NCBI GenBank assembly: GCA_045837725.1
Contig: JBEWZL010000217.1
Span: 62,001-97,822 of the forward strand
DNA: 35,822 nucleotides
From: Vermamoeba vermiformis
Taxonomy: Eukaryota
Reading direction: 5' to 3'
Shown one piece after another: positions 34,077 through 35,822 of the stretch. The notes beneath the pieces were generated by a model. It worked only from the letters and a program-made list of their open reading frames with translations, made no database searches and was not told the DNA's origin. A program made the translations under genes and the position numbers. Each line of letters begins with the position of its first letter. Position 1 is the first letter of the stretch.

Positions 34077-35822
34077 ATGGCTGAAGAATCCGCAACACGA
34101 CACCAACAGACTTTGGTGCAAAAGAAGCTGCCGGACTTACCAACGGATGTAAGTAATTTTTATAACAAAGCGCTTAAATAATATTAAAATATCTTAATTA
34201 TATTATGCAATGTTTTTTTAAAGATATTTTTGCCTGCTGCATAAAATTAAAAGGTTTTTTAAAATCAAATCTGGTCCGGAAAAAATCACGCACATTTATT
34301 TTTAATAAATGCAGCAATTTTAACTTATTTTACATCTAATCATAAAGATAAATGGCCTATCAATTATAATTTTTGCCTTTCTTGCGTAAAAGTCCGGATC
34401 AGAGAACCAACTTTTAGACCAAAATTTATGGCCGGCCATAACAAAAATAAAAAAAATCTATTGCCACAGTGGGACTCGAACCTGTCATTGTGGTTCGAAT
34501 CCAGCTGCGGGCAGTTTTTTTTATTTTTCCTCTATGGCCGGCCATAGAGTCCTGCTGCTGCAGTTCTTGGAGCAGGTTCGAATCCAGGTGCAGGCAGTTT
34601 TTTTTTTATTTTCTTTATGGCCGGCCATAGAGTTCTGCTATTTGCCTCAAAGGCGCAGGTTCGAATCCAGCTGCAGGCAATTTTTTTTATTTTCTTTATG
34701 GCCGGCCATAGAGGCCCACCTTCCAAAGCACTGGAGCAGGTTCGAATCCAGCTGCGGGCAGTTTTTTTATTTTTCCTCTATGGCCGGCCATAGAGTCCTG
34801 CCTGCTGCAGTGCTTGGAGCAGGTTCGAATCCAGGTGTGGGCAGTTTTTTTTTTAATTTTTCTTTTATGGCCGGCCATAGAGTCCTGCGTCGACCTATAG
34901 TCATTTTATTCCATGCACGGATAATCATTTTTTTGTTTTGCAGACTTTTGAGCTGGACATGGAGAACTATTCTGTTGTGACGACTTTGACTACTCCAACA
35001 ACAGAGCCCTGTGCAAATCCTTGTTGCAACCGGCCTAATCGCTTCAAGTAAGTGAAATTGAAAAACTTTAATTAATTATTAATATCTGTTTAGGTTGCCG
35101 CACTTCAATGTTGCATTTTGTCAGGAGGACTTGCAAAACGGTGCAACAACAGTCACAATGTCAAAGCCAATCTTTGCTGCTGATAGTATTGTCAAAGGAC
35201 GAGCGTAAGTTGCTAATTCAATTTGTTTGTATTAACTAACTTTCTGGATGCAGTCTCAACATCCGTGCCCTGTCCTTAGATCATGTGCGAAATTTGATGG
35301 TGAACTGCACTCCGTGGAGTACTAGCCAAGGAGCACCAACAATTGTGCCTGTTCAGCACAAGCAAACAGGGGAAATCAGCTATGCTGTTTGCATTGGTAT
35401 GCGATCACAACCTTGTTTTATGTTGATTAACCTTTGAACTTTTAGGGCAGCACCGTGCTGTTGTAGTGCACTACTTCATGTTGTGGGAGCTGCTACAAGC
35501 ATTTCAAGTTAAAGTGCTAGTTCCCAAGGATGAACCAGTAAGTAGAAATAGTTTTGATCCGCTTGATCTAAACTTTTGATTCAGGATTTGTTTCATGTTG
35601 GCATGGACTTGCAGAAAAACGACACAGAGAACTTTCTGGAGCTTAACCTAATGGACAAGGTTATTTTGATTGATCAAATGTGCGACTTGCTAGCCAAAGC
35701 TGCCAACGTGACTTATGAAACAGCTTCAGAAGAACAAAAGGCTGCTTTTTCCAAGGAGGCATCCCAACTGCTTGCTGTTCACAAGCTTGGTAAGAATTTT
35801 GACTTTGATGCAAGGAGCAACA
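34077..35822 (+). CDS. 5' part of a multi-exon gene encoding a ParB/Sulfiredoxin-like N-terminal domain protein; runs off the window
   Basis: Exons at about 34077-34148, 34944-35047, 35094-35204, 35254-35396, 35446-35537 and 35585-35789 splice in frame with no stops. The protein reads ...LNIRALSLDHVRNLMV...GAPTIVPV...YAVCI|GQHRAVV...FQVKVLV...DLQKNDTENFLELNLMDKV. The gene itself is well supported and the ParB call is moderate. Confidence 0.6.
34427..34889 (+). repeat. ~82-bp tandem array in intron 1 of the ParB-like gene: palindrome, variable segment, tRNA-like T-arm/B-box, poly-T
   Basis: TATGGCCGGCCATA occurs at 34427, 34533, 34616, 34697, 34779 and 34866. Each interval contains GGTTCGAATCCAG followed by GGCA and a run of 7-10 T. 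Confidence 0.95.

Larger units (their letters stand above)
28700..35822. mobile_element. Putative mobile element or repeat-rich methylated region; left boundary approximate, continues past the window end
   Basis: The CpG-rich gene-dense character is lost abruptly. The region has five distinct repeat arrays, TTAGGG-like remnants, CpG transitions between repeat copies and orphan genes. No transposase, recombinase or terminal repeat is visible in the window. Confidence 0.5.

Noticed and set aside
34427-34889. Bona fide CRISPR array or intact tRNA genes
   Set aside because: The context is a eukaryotic intron with no cas genes, the repeats are far longer than the spacers, and two spacers are related. 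No D-arm, anticodon arm or complete acceptor stem can be folded.

Overview
Intron-rich eukaryotic genomic DNA with a standard genetic code, short GT-AG introns (mostly 45-60 nt) and CTAAC/CTGAC-type branch points. It most likely comes from a microbial eukaryote, possibly an amoeba, which is an inference. Bases 1-28.65 kb are gene-dense and CpG-rich. In order they hold the 3' part of a DUF697-like gene, an F-box/LRR gene, three tandem signal-peptide plus GPI-type surface-protein paralogs (the middle one mosaic and frameshifted), two tiny intronless ORFs flanking SPATA20, a large E2(UBC)-F-box fusion, a secreted PQQ-type (AA12/sorbosone dehydrogenase-like) beta-propeller fused to a C-terminal heme-type DOMON domain, and two tandem PA-domain plus 7TM genes. 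From about 28.7 kb to the end the character changes abruptly. This part has five different palindrome- or hairpin-bearing repeat arrays, TTAGGG-like remnants, pervasive CpG-to-TpG/CpA decay, and a divergent gene pair. One gene of the pair encodes a ParB/Srx-like (GQHR) protein. Its first intron carries an ~82-bp array made of a palindrome, a variable ~19-nt segment, a tRNA T-arm/B-box (GGTTCGAATCC) and a poly-T tract. This right-hand region looks like part of a methylated mobile element and is the best candidate for an undescribed system. All gene models were spliced by eye, so exon edges are approximate and no database searches were run.
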